Shown piece by piece: positions 1 to 9,121 of a stretch of DNA of 64,000 nt (positions are counted from its first letter, which is position 1; each line of letters begins with the position of its first letter). Position numbers and translations under genes: made by a program. The stretch is from an uncultured Solirubrobacterales bacterium (GTDB lineage Bacteria > Actinomycetota > Thermoleophilia > Solirubrobacterales > Solirubrobacteraceae). The notes under the pieces were generated by a model that was not told the origin of the DNA, did no database searches, and saw only the letters and a program-made list of their open reading frames with translations. The stretch is taken from positions 975,845 through 1,039,844 of the forward strand of contig OY970362.1 in NCBI GenBank assembly GCA_963718625.1, written 5' to 3'.

Positions 1-103
1 ATACAAGGCCGAGCGCGACCAGCGTCGTCGCGGCAAGGCCTCGAAGTGTCTTGAGAGGGGGTGACGCAGTTCGGGACCCCCACTCGTTGGTCTTACGAGT
101 CAT
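1..103 (-). CDS. partial CDS, N-terminus only (continues left of the window); begins MTRKTNEWGSRTASPPLKTLRGLAATTLVALGLV, which looks like a signal peptide or TM segment
   Basis: ATG at 101-103 on the minus strand, with AGGAGG 7 nt upstream. A hydrophobic stretch follows. Too short to appear in the ORF track. Confidence 0.35.
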   Translation of the reverse strand, partial: MTRKTNEWGSRTASPPLKTLRGLAATTLVALGLV

Positions 104-244
104 CCGATTTCCTCCTCAGTGCCCGTCGATCGTGTCGAGCCGGGCGAGACTACGGTTGCGTTGGAGCCGCACAGGCTATACAGCCGTACGGGCCTTTCAC
201 GGCCTCACAACACACGAAGATCGCGCTCGGAGCGGCGGCCGACG

Positions 245-2032
245 CTAGCCGAACGTAAAGGCGTAGCCCGTGACGCCGGGCGCGAACCGAAGGCTCAGGC
301 GGTGCTGTTCGTCGGTGGGCAGCGAGACGAGCGTGTAAAGGCGCTGTCGGCGGACCGTCACCACCCCGCCATGGACATCTGCCCCCGCGTCTGCCGCCGA
401 GATCGGGTGGCCATCAAGCAGTACCTGCACGGGCAGCGGACGTTCGCCGGGTGAGCTGAGCACGAGGTAGACGTGCTTTGCGTCGAACTGCAGGTCGATG
501 CCCGCGCCGGCGCCGGCCTGGGCGGGCTGTTCGCCGATCGTCCAGATGCCGCTGTAGGCGAACTGGTTGAGCTGCAGGCCTTGGGTTGGGGCCGGTCCGT
601 AGTCGTGCCGGCCGCCGACCGGCCCGTTGATCCAACCCTGGGCGCGCGCTGTTCCCAGGTAGGTCTCCGGAGTGGCCAGTTCGCTTGGCACGATCACGCC
701 GGTCGGGTGGCTCTTTGCGGCGACCTCATGGCCGGCTTCTGCCAGCAGCGCGCGGATCGCGGTTTCGGTCTGGCCGTAGTCGCCCTCGCCCGCGGCCCTG
801 TAGCGCACCTGGCCGCGGGCGTCGATCAGGTAGTCGGCCGGCCAGTCTTCGTTTCCGTAGGCATTCCAGGTGCCCATTTCGTTGTCCTGCACCACCGGGT
901 AGCGGATGCCGAACTGGCTGATCGCGTTTGCGACGTTCGAGGCGTCGTGCTCGAAGGCGAACTCGGGCGTCTCGACGCCGACGATCGTCAGCCCGTCGCG
1001 GCGATAGGTCGCGTCCCACGCCTTCAGATATGGCAGCGTGCGGATGCAGTTGATGCAGGTGTAGGTCCAGAAGTCCACGAGCACGACGCCGCCGCGCAGC
1101 GAGCTCAGCGTCAGCGGCCGGTCGCCGGGAGTGTTGAACCAATCCTCGGTGTTGGTGAATGGGGGCGCTTCGCCGAGCGCCGGGAGCTGGCCGGCGACGG
1201 CCAGCAGGGTCGCCTGGCTGGCGGTCCTGCTCGCGGTGTGGACCTTGGTCGCCGACGTGCCGCACGCCGAGGACCCGTTCGCCGGCGCGAACTTGGGCTG
1301 GTGGCCGCTGATCTGATGCAGCCGGCTCGTCACAGTGCTCGAGCACTCCAGCGAGGCCGTCAGGTTGACGTTCGGGATGTGCTGGGCGATGAACTGGTCG
1401 AAGTTGACATCGGCCATCGTCAGGATCGCGACCGCGGTGAGGATCATCACGCCGCCGAGCGCTCGCTGCAGCTGCGGGCCCCGGCCCGCCCTGCGAACGC
1501 GCTCGAACAGCCTCCTGCCGCCGAGCGTGAGCGCGAGCAGCACGACCGCCGAGCCAAACGCGTAGGCGACGGCGATCGCGATCGTTTTCCCAGACGCGGC
1601 GCTGACGGAGATCACGGCCGCGAGGATCGGGCTGGCGCAGGGCGTGTAGACGAAGCCGAGCGCCGCGCCGACCAGCAGCCCCGAGCGAAAGCCGTCGCCG
1701 CCCGAGCGCGGTCCGAAGCGGGCGAGGCGCGACAGCGGCGCCTCGACCCGCGCGGCGAGGCTGGGCATCAGCAGCGCGACACCGAACACGAGCAGCACGA
1801 CGATCGCCACATCGCGCAGCGGATCGCTCCCCAGGCCGACCCCGTCGACGACCTTCGCGATGCCGACGATCGTGACCGTGAAGGTGATCGACAGGCCGGT
1901 CACGATCCCCAGCGGCCGGCGGCGCCCACCCACCCCGCCCGCCGACAGCAGCGCCGGCAGCACGGGCAGCACGCAGGGCGAAAGCGCGGTGCCCGCACCC
2001 GCGAGGATCGCAAACGTGAGGAGGACGAGCAT
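245..2032 (-). CDS. dipZ: DipZ-like cytochrome c biogenesis / thiol-disulfide membrane protein: CcdA/DsbD-type TM domain fused to a TlpA/ResA-like thioredoxin domain plus a C-terminal beta-rich domain
   Basis: 595-aa ORF. N-terminus has LSPCVLPVLP and multiple TM segments. Middle has VVLVDFWTYTCINCIRTLP (a CxxC thioredoxin fold). The architecture matches mycobacterial DipZ. Confidence 0.85.
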   Translation of the reverse strand: MLVLLTFAILAGAGTALSPCVLPVLPALLSAGGVGGRRRPLGIVTGLSITFTVTIVGIAKVVDGVGLGSDPLRDVAIVVLLVFGVALLMPSLAARVEAPLSRLARFGPRSGGDGFRSGLLVGAALGFVYTPCASPILAAVISVSAASGKTIAIAVAYAFGSAVVLLALTLGGRRLFERVRRAGRGPQLQRALGGVMILTAVAILTMADVNFDQFIAQHIPNVNLTASLECSSTVTSRLHQISGHQPKFAPANGSSACGTSATKVHTASRTASQATLLAVAGQLPALGEAPPFTNTEDWFNTPGDRPLTLSSLRGGVVLVDFWTYTCINCIRTLPYLKAWDATYRRDGLTIVGVETPEFAFEHDASNVANAISQFGIRYPVVQDNEMGTWNAYGNEDWPADYLIDARGQVRYRAAGEGDYGQTETAIRALLAEAGHEVAAKSHPTGVIVPSELATPETYLGTARAQGWINGPVGGRHDYGPAPTQGLQLNQFAYSGIWTIGEQPAQAGAGAGIDLQFDAKHVYLVLSSPGERPLPVQVLLDGHPISAADAGADVHGGVVTVRRQRLYTLVSLPTDEQHRLSLRFAPGVTGYAFTFG

Positions 2033-2100
2033 CGGACTTCTCCTACTACAGTCTGACCTGTGCGCCGCCCGTTACGCGCCAGGTGCGCATCGGGCCCGCG

Positions 2101-3051
2101 TTACCCGAGCGCTCGCACGAGCAGCCCGAGCAGCGCCGGCTCATCGAGCTGAGGATCCTGTTCGGCCAGCAGCTTCCACGCGCCCTTGCGGCCGCCGAGC
2201 GCACGCACGCCCCGCTCGCCGTACTCGCTTGCGAAAGTGGCGAGCGCCCCCGCCCGCCGGGCGGCGACACGTCGTGTCGCCAGGTCGAGCCCCGCGCGGT
2301 GCGCGTCCAGCGCGGCCGCGAGCTCCTGCACGCCGCTCGGGGGAGGCAGCGAGGACACCGTGAGCACGGGCGTCTGTGAGTCCAGCGAGCGAAGCGCCGC
2401 GTTCAGGTCGCGCGCGGCGCCCTGCGCCAGCGGGCCCAGGTCGGCCTTGGTGACGACCAGCAGGTCTGGGATCTCCATGATGCCGGCCTTCAGGAACTGG
2501 AGCACGTCGCCGCTGCCCGGCTGCACCACGACCGCGATCGTGTCCGCCACGTCGGCGACCTCCGTCTCGGCCTGGCCGGTGCCCACCGTCTCGATCACCA
2601 CCACGTCGAATGCCGCCGCGAGCGCGTGGGCCGCGGTGCGGGTGCCGGCGGCCAGGCCGCCGAGGCGTTCTCCTGCGGCGGTCGAGCGGATCAGCAGGCC
2701 GCTGTCTACGGGGTCGAACTCGATCCGCGCGCGGTCGCCCAGCAACGAGCCGCCCGAGCGCCGCGAGCTCGGATCGACCGCCAGCAGCGCGGCGGTGCGC
2801 TGCTCGCCGCGCCACACTCCCAGCAGCGCCGAGAGCAGCGTCGACTTGCCCGCGCCCGGCGGGCCCGTCACGCCGATCACGTGGCCGCCGGCCTCCTCGC
2901 CCAGTGCAGCCGGTGAGACCTCGGCCAACAGTGCGGCCGACTGCTCGCGATCGGCCGGCCTGGTGCTCTCCAGGAGGTTCAGCGCCGCGGGCGCGGCGGT
3001 CAGGTCTCGTTTGCGCAGCCGTGCGCCGAGCGCAGCGCCGTCCGCGCTCAC
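2101..3051 (-). CDS. meaB: methylmalonyl-CoA-mutase-associated G-protein chaperone (MeaB/ArgK family)
   Basis: P-loop GVTGPPGAGKSTLLSAL; VVIETVGTGQAE; VVTKADL. The GTG start overlaps the stop of the upstream mutase as GTGA. Confidence 0.9.
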   Translation of the reverse strand: MSADGAALGARLRKRDLTAAPAALNLLESTRPADREQSAALLAEVSPAALGEEAGGHVIGVTGPPGAGKSTLLSALLGVWRGEQRTAALLAVDPSSRRSGGSLLGDRARIEFDPVDSGLLIRSTAAGERLGGLAAGTRTAAHALAAAFDVVVIETVGTGQAETEVADVADTIAVVVQPGSGDVLQFLKAGIMEIPDLLVVTKADLGPLAQGAARDLNAALRSLDSQTPVLTVSSLPPPSGVQELAAALDAHRAGLDLATRRVAARRAGALATFASEYGERGVRALGGRKGAWKLLAEQDPQLDEPALLGLLVRALG

Positions 3052-5147
3052 GCCGCGGCGACCGAGGTGCCGGCCGGACCCGAGTCGCTCTGCCCCGGCG
3101 AGCCGGCGCCCGAGCCGTTGCCGGCGCCGTTGGGCGCGGGCGTCGCGGTGTCGCCGACGAGCGCGACGATCTCGCGCATGATGCGCGAGATGTTGAAATC
3201 CTTGGGCGTGTAGACGGCGGCAACGCCGGCCTTTCGCAGCGCTGCGACGTCCTGCTCGGGGATGATGCCGCCCACTACCACCGGCGCTGTCACGCCCGCC
3301 TTGCGCAGCGCCTCGATGACCGCGGGTATCAGCTCGCCGTGGGATCCGGAGAGGATCGACAGGCCGATCACGTGCACCCCCTCCTGCAGCGCCGATGCCG
3401 CAATCTGGCTTGGCGTGAGGCGGATGCCTTCATATACGACGTCCATGCCCGAGTCGCGGGCACGCACGGCGATCTGCTCGGCGCCGTTTGAGTGCCCGTC
3501 GAGCCCTGGCTTGCCGACGAGGATCTTCGGTCGCCGTCCCAGCTGCTGCTGCAGGCGCGAGACCTCCTCGCGCAGCTCGCCGAGCTCCTCCGTGCCAGTT
3601 GTCGCGGCGGCGGCGCCGACGCCTGTCGGCGCGCGGTAGCTGCCGAACACCTCGCGCAGCGTCCGCGCCCACTCGCCCGTCGTCGCTCCCGCGCGGGCGG
3701 CCGCGATCGTCGCCGTCATCAGGTTCTCCTCGGCGTTCTCGTCGCGTGCGATCTGCGCGAGCGTCGCCAGCGCGGCGTCGACCGCGTTCTGGTCGCGCTC
3801 GCCGCGCCAGCGGCGAACCTCCTCGATCTGCTGCGCCTCCACGGCCGGGTCGACGACGAGGATGCCGCCCTGGGCGTCGGCCGTCAGCGGCGAGTCCTCT
3901 GTCTCTGTGAACCGGTTCTGTCCGACCACCACCTGCTCGCCGGACTCGATGCGCGCGATGCGCTCGCGATTGGACTCCACGAGCGCGGCCTTCATGTAGG
4001 GAACCGCCTGCACCGCGCCGCCGTGCTCGGCGACGACCGCCATCTCGGCGCGAGCGCCCGCCAGCAGGTCGCCGACCAGCGCTTCCATGACCTTCGAGCC
4101 GGCGAAGATGTCGGGGTACTCCAGCAGGTCGGTCTCATATGCGAGCACCTGCTGGATGCGCAGCGACCACTGCTGGTCCCACGGGCGCGGGAGGCCAAGC
4201 GCCTCGTTCCAGGCCGGCAGCTGGATGGCTCGCGCCCGTGCGTCGCGCCCGAGCGTGACGGCGAGCGCCTCGAGCACGATGCGCTGCACGTTGTTCTCCG
4301 GCTGGGCCTCTGTCAGCCCGAGCGAGTTGACCTGCACGCCGTAGCGGAAGCGCAGGTGGCGCGGATCGCTCACGCCGTAGCGCTCGCGCCCGATCTCCTC
4401 CCAGAGGATCGACATCGCGCGCAGCTTCGCGTGCTCCTCGACGAAGCGCACGCCCGCGTTGACGAAGAACGAGATCCGCCCGAAGACCTCCTCCATGCGG
4501 CGCTCGAGATCCTCCCCGGACGTCCGCTGCAGCCGCGCGCGCACGGCGTCCAGCACGGCGATCGCGTCGCTCATCGCGTAGGCGATCTCCTGGACCGGCG
4601 TCGCGCCTGCCTCCTGCAGGTGGTAGGAGCAGATGTTGATCGGGTTCCACTTCGGCACGTGCTCGACCGTGTAGGCGATCATGTCGGCGACCAAGCGCAT
4701 CGAGGGGGCCGGCGGGAAGGCATAGGTCCCGCGCGCGAGGAACTCCTTGATGATGTCGTTCTGCGTGGTGCCCTGGAGCTCGCGCTCGGCGACACCTTGT
4801 TCCCCGGCGACGACGATGTACAGCGCCAGCAGCCACGCGGCGGTGGCGTTGATCGTCATCGACGTGTTCATCTCGCCGAGCGGGATGCCGTCCATCAGCG
4901 CGGCCATGTCGCCGCGGTGCGATACGGGCACGCCCACCTTTCCCACCTCGCCCCGGGCGAGCTCGTCATCGGGGTCATAGCCGGTCTGGGTGGGCAGGTC
5001 GAACGCGACCGACAGCCCGGTCTGTCCCTTCTGCAGGTTGCGCCGGTAGAGCTCGTTCGAGGCCTTCGCCGTCGAGTGACCGGCGTAGGTGCGCATCATC
5101 CACGGCCGGTCGCGCTCAGGCAATCGCGGAGACTGATCACCGCTCAT
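3048..5147 (-). CDS. meaA: B12-dependent acyl-CoA mutase, fused catalytic plus B12-binding domains; ethylmalonyl-CoA mutase (MeaA/Ecm) type
   Basis: DRPWMMRTYAGHSTAKASNELYRRNLQKGQTGLSVAFDLPTQTGYDPD. The MRTYAGHS form is typical of MeaA/Ecm rather than the IRQYAGFS form of MCM. C-terminal KILVGKPGLDGHSNGAEQIAV is the B12-binding domain. ccr lies nearby. Confidence 0.8.
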   Translation of the reverse strand: MSGDQSPRLPERDRPWMMRTYAGHSTAKASNELYRRNLQKGQTGLSVAFDLPTQTGYDPDDELARGEVGKVGVPVSHRGDMAALMDGIPLGEMNTSMTINATAAWLLALYIVVAGEQGVAERELQGTTQNDIIKEFLARGTYAFPPAPSMRLVADMIAYTVEHVPKWNPINICSYHLQEAGATPVQEIAYAMSDAIAVLDAVRARLQRTSGEDLERRMEEVFGRISFFVNAGVRFVEEHAKLRAMSILWEEIGRERYGVSDPRHLRFRYGVQVNSLGLTEAQPENNVQRIVLEALAVTLGRDARARAIQLPAWNEALGLPRPWDQQWSLRIQQVLAYETDLLEYPDIFAGSKVMEALVGDLLAGARAEMAVVAEHGGAVQAVPYMKAALVESNRERIARIESGEQVVVGQNRFTETEDSPLTADAQGGILVVDPAVEAQQIEEVRRWRGERDQNAVDAALATLAQIARDENAEENLMTATIAAARAGATTGEWARTLREVFGSYRAPTGVGAAAATTGTEELGELREEVSRLQQQLGRRPKILVGKPGLDGHSNGAEQIAVRARDSGMDVVYEGIRLTPSQIAASALQEGVHVIGLSILSGSHGELIPAVIEALRKAGVTAPVVVGGIIPEQDVAALRKAGVAAVYTPKDFNISRIMREIVALVGDTATPAPNGAGNGSGAGSPGQSDSGPAGTSVAAA

Positions 5148-5191
5148 AGCGTTGATTGTACGGGCGCGTGCCTGCCCTTATCCTTCGACGC

Positions 5192-5479
5192 GTGAGCCAG
5201 ACCGTTGAGCTGCCGCGCACCGGCCCGCCGGGCAGCGGGCTCGGAGGCTCCTGGAAGGTGATCGTCCGCAACGACGACCACAACACCTTCGATCACGTGG
5301 CGCGCACGCTGGCGCGCTACATCCCGGGCGTGACGCTGTCGCGCGGCTTTGAGCTCGCCAACACGATCCACAGCTCGGGCAAGGCGATCGTCTACAGCGG
5401 CCACCAGGAGGCGGCCGAGCACTACTGGGAGCAGCTCAGCGGCGCCGGGCTGACGATGGCGCCCCTGGAACAAGGCTGA
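5192..5479 (+). CDS. clpS: ATP-dependent Clp protease adaptor ClpS
   Basis: WKVIVRNDDHNTFDHVARTL...GKAIVYSG core. The ORF opens at 5156, but the GTG at 5192 leaves a realistic divergent intergenic gap to the mutase start at 5147. Confidence 0.85.
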   Translation: MSQTVELPRTGPPGSGLGGSWKVIVRNDDHNTFDHVARTLARYIPGVTLSRGFELANTIHSSGKAIVYSGHQEAAEHYWEQLSGAGLTMAPLEQG

Positions 5480-5884
5480 TCAGGCGCTGGCCCCTGGCGC
5501 GCGGACGCCGTCGCCGTGGCCGTTGCCGTGGTCGTTGCCCTGCCCGTTGCCGGCGGTCGGATCGCCGAGGACCAGCGAGCCGCTGGCCGTCAGGTCCCAC
5601 CAGCCGTAGAGCACGGGCACCTGATACCAGCCGGAGTGGCGGGCCCTGAAGTCGGTCATCTCGCGCCCTTCCCAGTAGCGCTCCCAGTCGAGCTCGCGCT
5701 CGAACGTCGCAAACTGCTGGAACTTGTAGCGGTCGTCGCGATAGCGGTAGACGGCGTAGGCGCTGGCGCCGTAGCGCAGCGCGAGCGGCGCGATCTCGTT
5801 GAGCGCGGCCTCGAAGCCGTCGGCGCGGAATCCGGTCGCGTACCAGGGCACTATGACCGTGCCTCGGCCGCCGAAGCCGGCCAT
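5480..5884 (-). CDS. hypothetical protein (about 134 aa) with a C-terminal GNGQGNDHGNGHGDG low-complexity tail; translationally coupled to ccr
   Basis: Its ATG overlaps the ccr stop (ATGA at 5882-5886). The composition is protein-like (WY-rich). I do not recognise a family. Confidence 0.6.
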   Translation of the reverse strand: MAGFGGRGTVIVPWYATGFRADGFEAALNEIAPLALRYGASAYAVYRYRDDRYKFQQFATFERELDWERYWEGREMTDFRARHSGWYQVPVLYGWWDLTASGSLVLGDPTAGNGQGNDHGNGHGDGVRAPGASA

Positions 5885-7140
5885 CAGGCTCCCACCTCGG
5901 CGCGGATCGCGCCGGGCCCGTCCGCGGTCTTGCCCTGACCCTCGGAGTCGGCGCCCACGAGGATCGAGATCTTCCCGAGATGCTTGTTTTCGAGCATCAG
6001 CTGATGCGCTTCGGCGACGCCGTCAAAGCCGAGCGTGCGCCACAGCACGGGGCGGATCTGGCCGCTCTCGATCAGCTCGTTGGCCTTCATGCACTCATAC
6101 GCGTTGGCGAAGTGCGAGCCGAGGATCTCCTTCTGGCGCATCCACAGGTAGGCGACGTTGAAGTCGAGGTCGATGCCCGTGGTGCCCGCGCAGATCACGA
6201 TTTTCCCAAACGTCTTGGCGGTGAACACCGACGTGGGGAACGTCGCTTTGCCGACGTGCTCGAAGACGACGTCGGGTGCGTCGCCAAGCACCTCTTTGAC
6301 CCGCTTGGCGAACGCGAGCGAGACCTTGAAGCGCGCCTTCTCCTCGTCGGGAGTCTCGCCGCCGCGGCGCATCATGCCCGCGAACTCGTTGCGGTCGATG
6401 TAGTCCGCGGCGCCCAATCGCTTGACGAGCTCGCCCTTCTCGGCCGAGGACACGACGCCGACGCAGTGCGCGCCCGCGGCGGCGCACAGCTGCGTGGCGA
6501 ACACGCCGAGCCCGCCGGCCGCGCCCCAGATCAGCACGTTGGCGCCCGCCTGCAGCTTGCAGCGCGTGATCAGCATGCGGTAAGCGGTGAAGTACACCAG
6601 GCCGTAGGAGGCCGCCTCCTCCCACGTCAACGCAGCGGGCTTTGGCAGCAGCTGCTGGGCCTGGACCTTGGCGAACTGGGCGAAGGATCCCCACGTCGTC
6701 TCATAGCCCCAGATCTTCTGCGAGGGCGCCGCCAGCGGGTCCAGCCCGTGCACCTCGGGGTCCTCGTAGGAGGCCTGGTTGCAGTGCACGACCACCTCGT
6801 CGCCGGGCTTCCAGCGGGTGACACCGGCGCCGACCTTCCACACCACGCCCGAGGCGTCCGAGCCGCCGATGTGGTGGCCGAACTCCGGGTGGTCGCCGTA
6901 CTTCATCACCGACACCGGCTTTCCCAGCGCCGCCCACACGTTGTTGTAGTTGACCCCCGCCGCCATCACGCGCACGATCACCTCGAAGGCCCCCGGCTCG
7001 GGGACTTCGACCTCCTCCAGCTGAAAGGCGTCCTTCGGTTCGCCCTGGCGCTCCTCGCGGATCACCCACGCGGCCATCGTCGCGGGCAGCTCGCCCGGCT
7101 GCACATCCAGCTCGGAGACTTGTCGCATGTCGATTGCCAT
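5884..7140 (-). CDS. ccr: crotonyl-CoA carboxylase/reductase
   Basis: 418 aa. MAAWVIREERQGEP...VMAAGVNYNNVWAALGKPVSV...GGSDASGVVWKVG...VVVHCNQ pattern. This is an MDR-family Ccr-type N-terminus and length. Confidence 0.85.
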   Translation of the reverse strand: MAIDMRQVSELDVQPGELPATMAAWVIREERQGEPKDAFQLEEVEVPEPGAFEVIVRVMAAGVNYNNVWAALGKPVSVMKYGDHPEFGHHIGGSDASGVVWKVGAGVTRWKPGDEVVVHCNQASYEDPEVHGLDPLAAPSQKIWGYETTWGSFAQFAKVQAQQLLPKPAALTWEEAASYGLVYFTAYRMLITRCKLQAGANVLIWGAAGGLGVFATQLCAAAGAHCVGVVSSAEKGELVKRLGAADYIDRNEFAGMMRRGGETPDEEKARFKVSLAFAKRVKEVLGDAPDVVFEHVGKATFPTSVFTAKTFGKIVICAGTTGIDLDFNVAYLWMRQKEILGSHFANAYECMKANELIESGQIRPVLWRTLGFDGVAEAHQLMLENKHLGKISILVGADSEGQGKTADGPGAIRAEVGA

Positions 7141-7258
7141 TGGCGCTTTTCCCGGGTCGCAGAGCGAGGCGGTCGGTGTAGCAATCCTACCTGGGAGCGC
7201 GCGCAGCGCGCCCTGGCGGACGGCGCGGCGCGGGCGCTCCCTCCGTCGCTCGGTGTCC

Positions 7259-8284
7259 TCAGGCGGTGAAAGGAAGCTCCACCACGAGCGCGCTGTCGCC
7301 GCGCTCGCCCGCCTGCACGGTCGTGCCCGGCCCGGCCTCGCGGCGCAGGACGGCGAGACCGATCGGACCGTGCACTGGTGACAGCACGGAGCTCGTCATC
7401 AGCCCGAGGGTCCGCTCGCCTAGTGTCAGCTCGCTGGGCGGCGCGACGGCGTCTGACAGGCGCAGGCCGCGGAGTTGGCGGTTGGGTTTTCCCCTGTAGT
7501 GCAGCCGCGCAACGGTCTCCTGGCCGACGTAGCAGCCCTTCGTGAAGCTCACAGCGCGCTCGTTCAGGCCGGCCTCCTGGGGGATCACGCTCTCGTCGAG
7601 GTCGATCCCATAGCGCGGGCGCCCGCACTCGACGCGCACGATCTCGGCCGCGTCCTCGGACACCGGCTCGGCTCCCGCCTGGATGAGCGCCGCCTGCACA
7701 GCGTCGCGTGCGCCGGAGTCCATCAACACGTCCACGCCGGCAGGCAGGGCCGTGGCGATCAGGCGCACCGGCGCCCCGGCGATGCGCGCCGGCAGATGCT
7801 CGTGCTCGCGTCCGGGCACGGCCTCGACCCCTTCGACGCGCTCGAGCAGCTCGCGCGCCCCGGGGCCGACGAGCGACAGCAGCGCGCTCTGCAGCGTGCG
7901 CTTGTGCAGCTGCACGTCGTAGCCAACCTTGAAGAGCCTGATCATGTCGAACAGCGGCTGCAGGCCGCTTCGCTCGGTGTCGAGCAGCAGCTCGGAGGTG
8001 CCTTGGGCGCGCTGGCCGGCCGCGAGCACGCGCAGATCGCCGAGCATCTTGCCCTTGTGCGTCAGAAAGGCCGCGTAGCAGCCCTCCCCGCTGGCGAGCG
8101 CCTGCACGTCGTTCGTCACCTGTCCGTTGAGAAACTCCGCCGCGTCTGCGCCCGTGAGCGCGAGCTTGCCGCGCTCGCAGCGATCCAGCAGCGCACAGCC
8201 CTCGGTCAGCTCACGGTACTGGCGCCGGGCTGGCGCCGCGCGCTCTGAAGAGTCGGCGCTGGCGGTCGTGTGCGTGGCAGGCAC
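7259..8284 (-). CDS. ygfZ: YgfZ-type folate-binding protein (GcvT-like fold)
   Basis: Carries the FTKGCYVGQETVARL signature (KGCYxGQE). Also LTGADAAEFLNGQVTNDV. Confidence 0.8.
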   Translation of the reverse strand: MPATHTTASADSSERAAPARRQYRELTEGCALLDRCERGKLALTGADAAEFLNGQVTNDVQALASGEGCYAAFLTHKGKMLGDLRVLAAGQRAQGTSELLLDTERSGLQPLFDMIRLFKVGYDVQLHKRTLQSALLSLVGPGARELLERVEGVEAVPGREHEHLPARIAGAPVRLIATALPAGVDVLMDSGARDAVQAALIQAGAEPVSEDAAEIVRVECGRPRYGIDLDESVIPQEAGLNERAVSFTKGCYVGQETVARLHYRGKPNRQLRGLRLSDAVAPPSELTLGERTLGLMTSSVLSPVHGPIGLAVLRREAGPGTTVQAGERGDSALVVELPFTA

Positions 8285-8333
8285 GGTTTCGAGGATAGCT
8301 TCGCGGCATGCGCCGCCCGCTAGGCTCTGCGCG

Positions 8334-8696
8334 GTGGACCTCGCAGACGACTTTCAGCAGACTCTGGACTCGCTGCCCGACGACTGGACCGACCTCGAGC
8401 TCGACCTGCGCATCGCCGACGAGAGCCGCTATGTGGAAGCCGCCGTCTACCTGGTGACCTGCAACGCGCGGCCGTACTCGCACCACGATTGGCACTGGCG
8501 GCTGCTGGTCGCGCACCGCTTCGGTCACGCCGCGGCGGCTCCGGCGGTGCACGCCGCCCTCGGCCTGCTCGACGACGCCGGCATCGAGGGCGAGCTCGCG
8601 GTCCGCGAGACGCGCGCCGGTCGCGCCGAGGTGACCGAGGGGTGGGGTCGCCCGGAATCCGCACGCGAGGAGTTTCGCCGCCTGCGCGCGCAGTAG
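8334..8696 (+). CDS. hypothetical protein
   Basis: In-frame GTG at 8334, just after the divergent ygfZ start. The downstream part of ORF 8127-8696 has normal composition (DDFQQTLDSLPDDWTDLELDLRIADESRYVEAAVYLV...). No family recognised. Confidence 0.5.
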   Translation: MDLADDFQQTLDSLPDDWTDLELDLRIADESRYVEAAVYLVTCNARPYSHHDWHWRLLVAHRFGHAAAAPAVHAALGLLDDAGIEGELAVRETRAGRAEVTEGWGRPESAREEFRRLRAQ

Positions 8697-8720
8697 CGTC
8701 GCGCCGACAGCTTCCCGAAG

Positions 8721-9116
8721 ATGGCCACGGTGATCGTGCTCACCGCCGACCTCCTGTTCGGCTCGCGCGTGCAGGCCTCGTTGAGCTCGGCGGGCCACGA
8801 CGTGCTGATGGTCGGCGACGAGTCCGCCCTGCGCGCTGGGCTGGCCGACTCTGGGACGCCGTCGGCCGCGGTCCTCGTGGCCGATCTCACAGACGAGCGC
8901 CTGGACGCGGCCGGGATCGTGGAATCGCTCTCGCGTGCAGCGCTGCTCGGGGAAACGCGCACGCTCGGCTTCTACTCGCACGTGGACACGTCGGCGCGCG
9001 AGCGGGCGCAGCGGGCGGCGTTCGATCTCGTCATCCCCCGCTCGCGGATGGCGCGCGAAGGCGCAGCGCTGCTCGACGGCCTGGTCGACGGCGGACCGAC
9101 GCGCGACGCGCGCTAG
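8721..9116 (+). CDS. hypothetical protein, possibly a CheY/receiver-like fold
   Basis: 131-aa ORF starting MATVIVLTADLLFGSRV...VLVADLTDE. Alternating beta/alpha-like pattern. No canonical receiver residues checked. Confidence 0.5.
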   Translation: MATVIVLTADLLFGSRVQASLSSAGHDVLMVGDESALRAGLADSGTPSAAVLVADLTDERLDAAGIVESLSRAALLGETRTLGFYSHVDTSARERAQRAAFDLVIPRSRMAREGAALLDGLVDGGPTRDAR

Positions 9117-9121
9117 GACGA

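Noticed and set aside
1-62. Possible plus-strand CDS end (…YKAERDQRRRGKASKCLERG-stop) entering from the left edge.
   Set aside because: It cannot be evaluated from 20 codons, and it conflicts with the minus-strand start at 103 that has a strong RBS. Neither is certain, so I listed only the minus-strand option, at low confidence.
160-215. Group II intron domain-V-like string (GAGCCGCACAGGCTATACAGCCGTACGGGCC).
   Set aside because: The lower stem does not pair (A-C and G-G clashes). There is no GNRA loop, and no reverse transcriptase or other intron domains nearby.
473-2056. Long alternate-frame or antisense ORFs throughout the track. Examples: 473-2056, 2141-3223, 3492-5195, 5980-7269, 8211-9386, 9531-10589, 10106-11566, 12996-14045, 14415-15578, 15630-16940, 17657-18724, 21587-22765, 22693-24018, 41662-42696, 50600-52171, 53863-55770, 54831-56426, 58572-60266.
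   Set aside because: They are Arg/Pro/Ala/Gly-dominated with no recognisable motifs. Each lies opposite or out of frame to a gene with clear family signatures. These are typical stop-codon-poor shadow ORFs of a roughly 70% GC genome.
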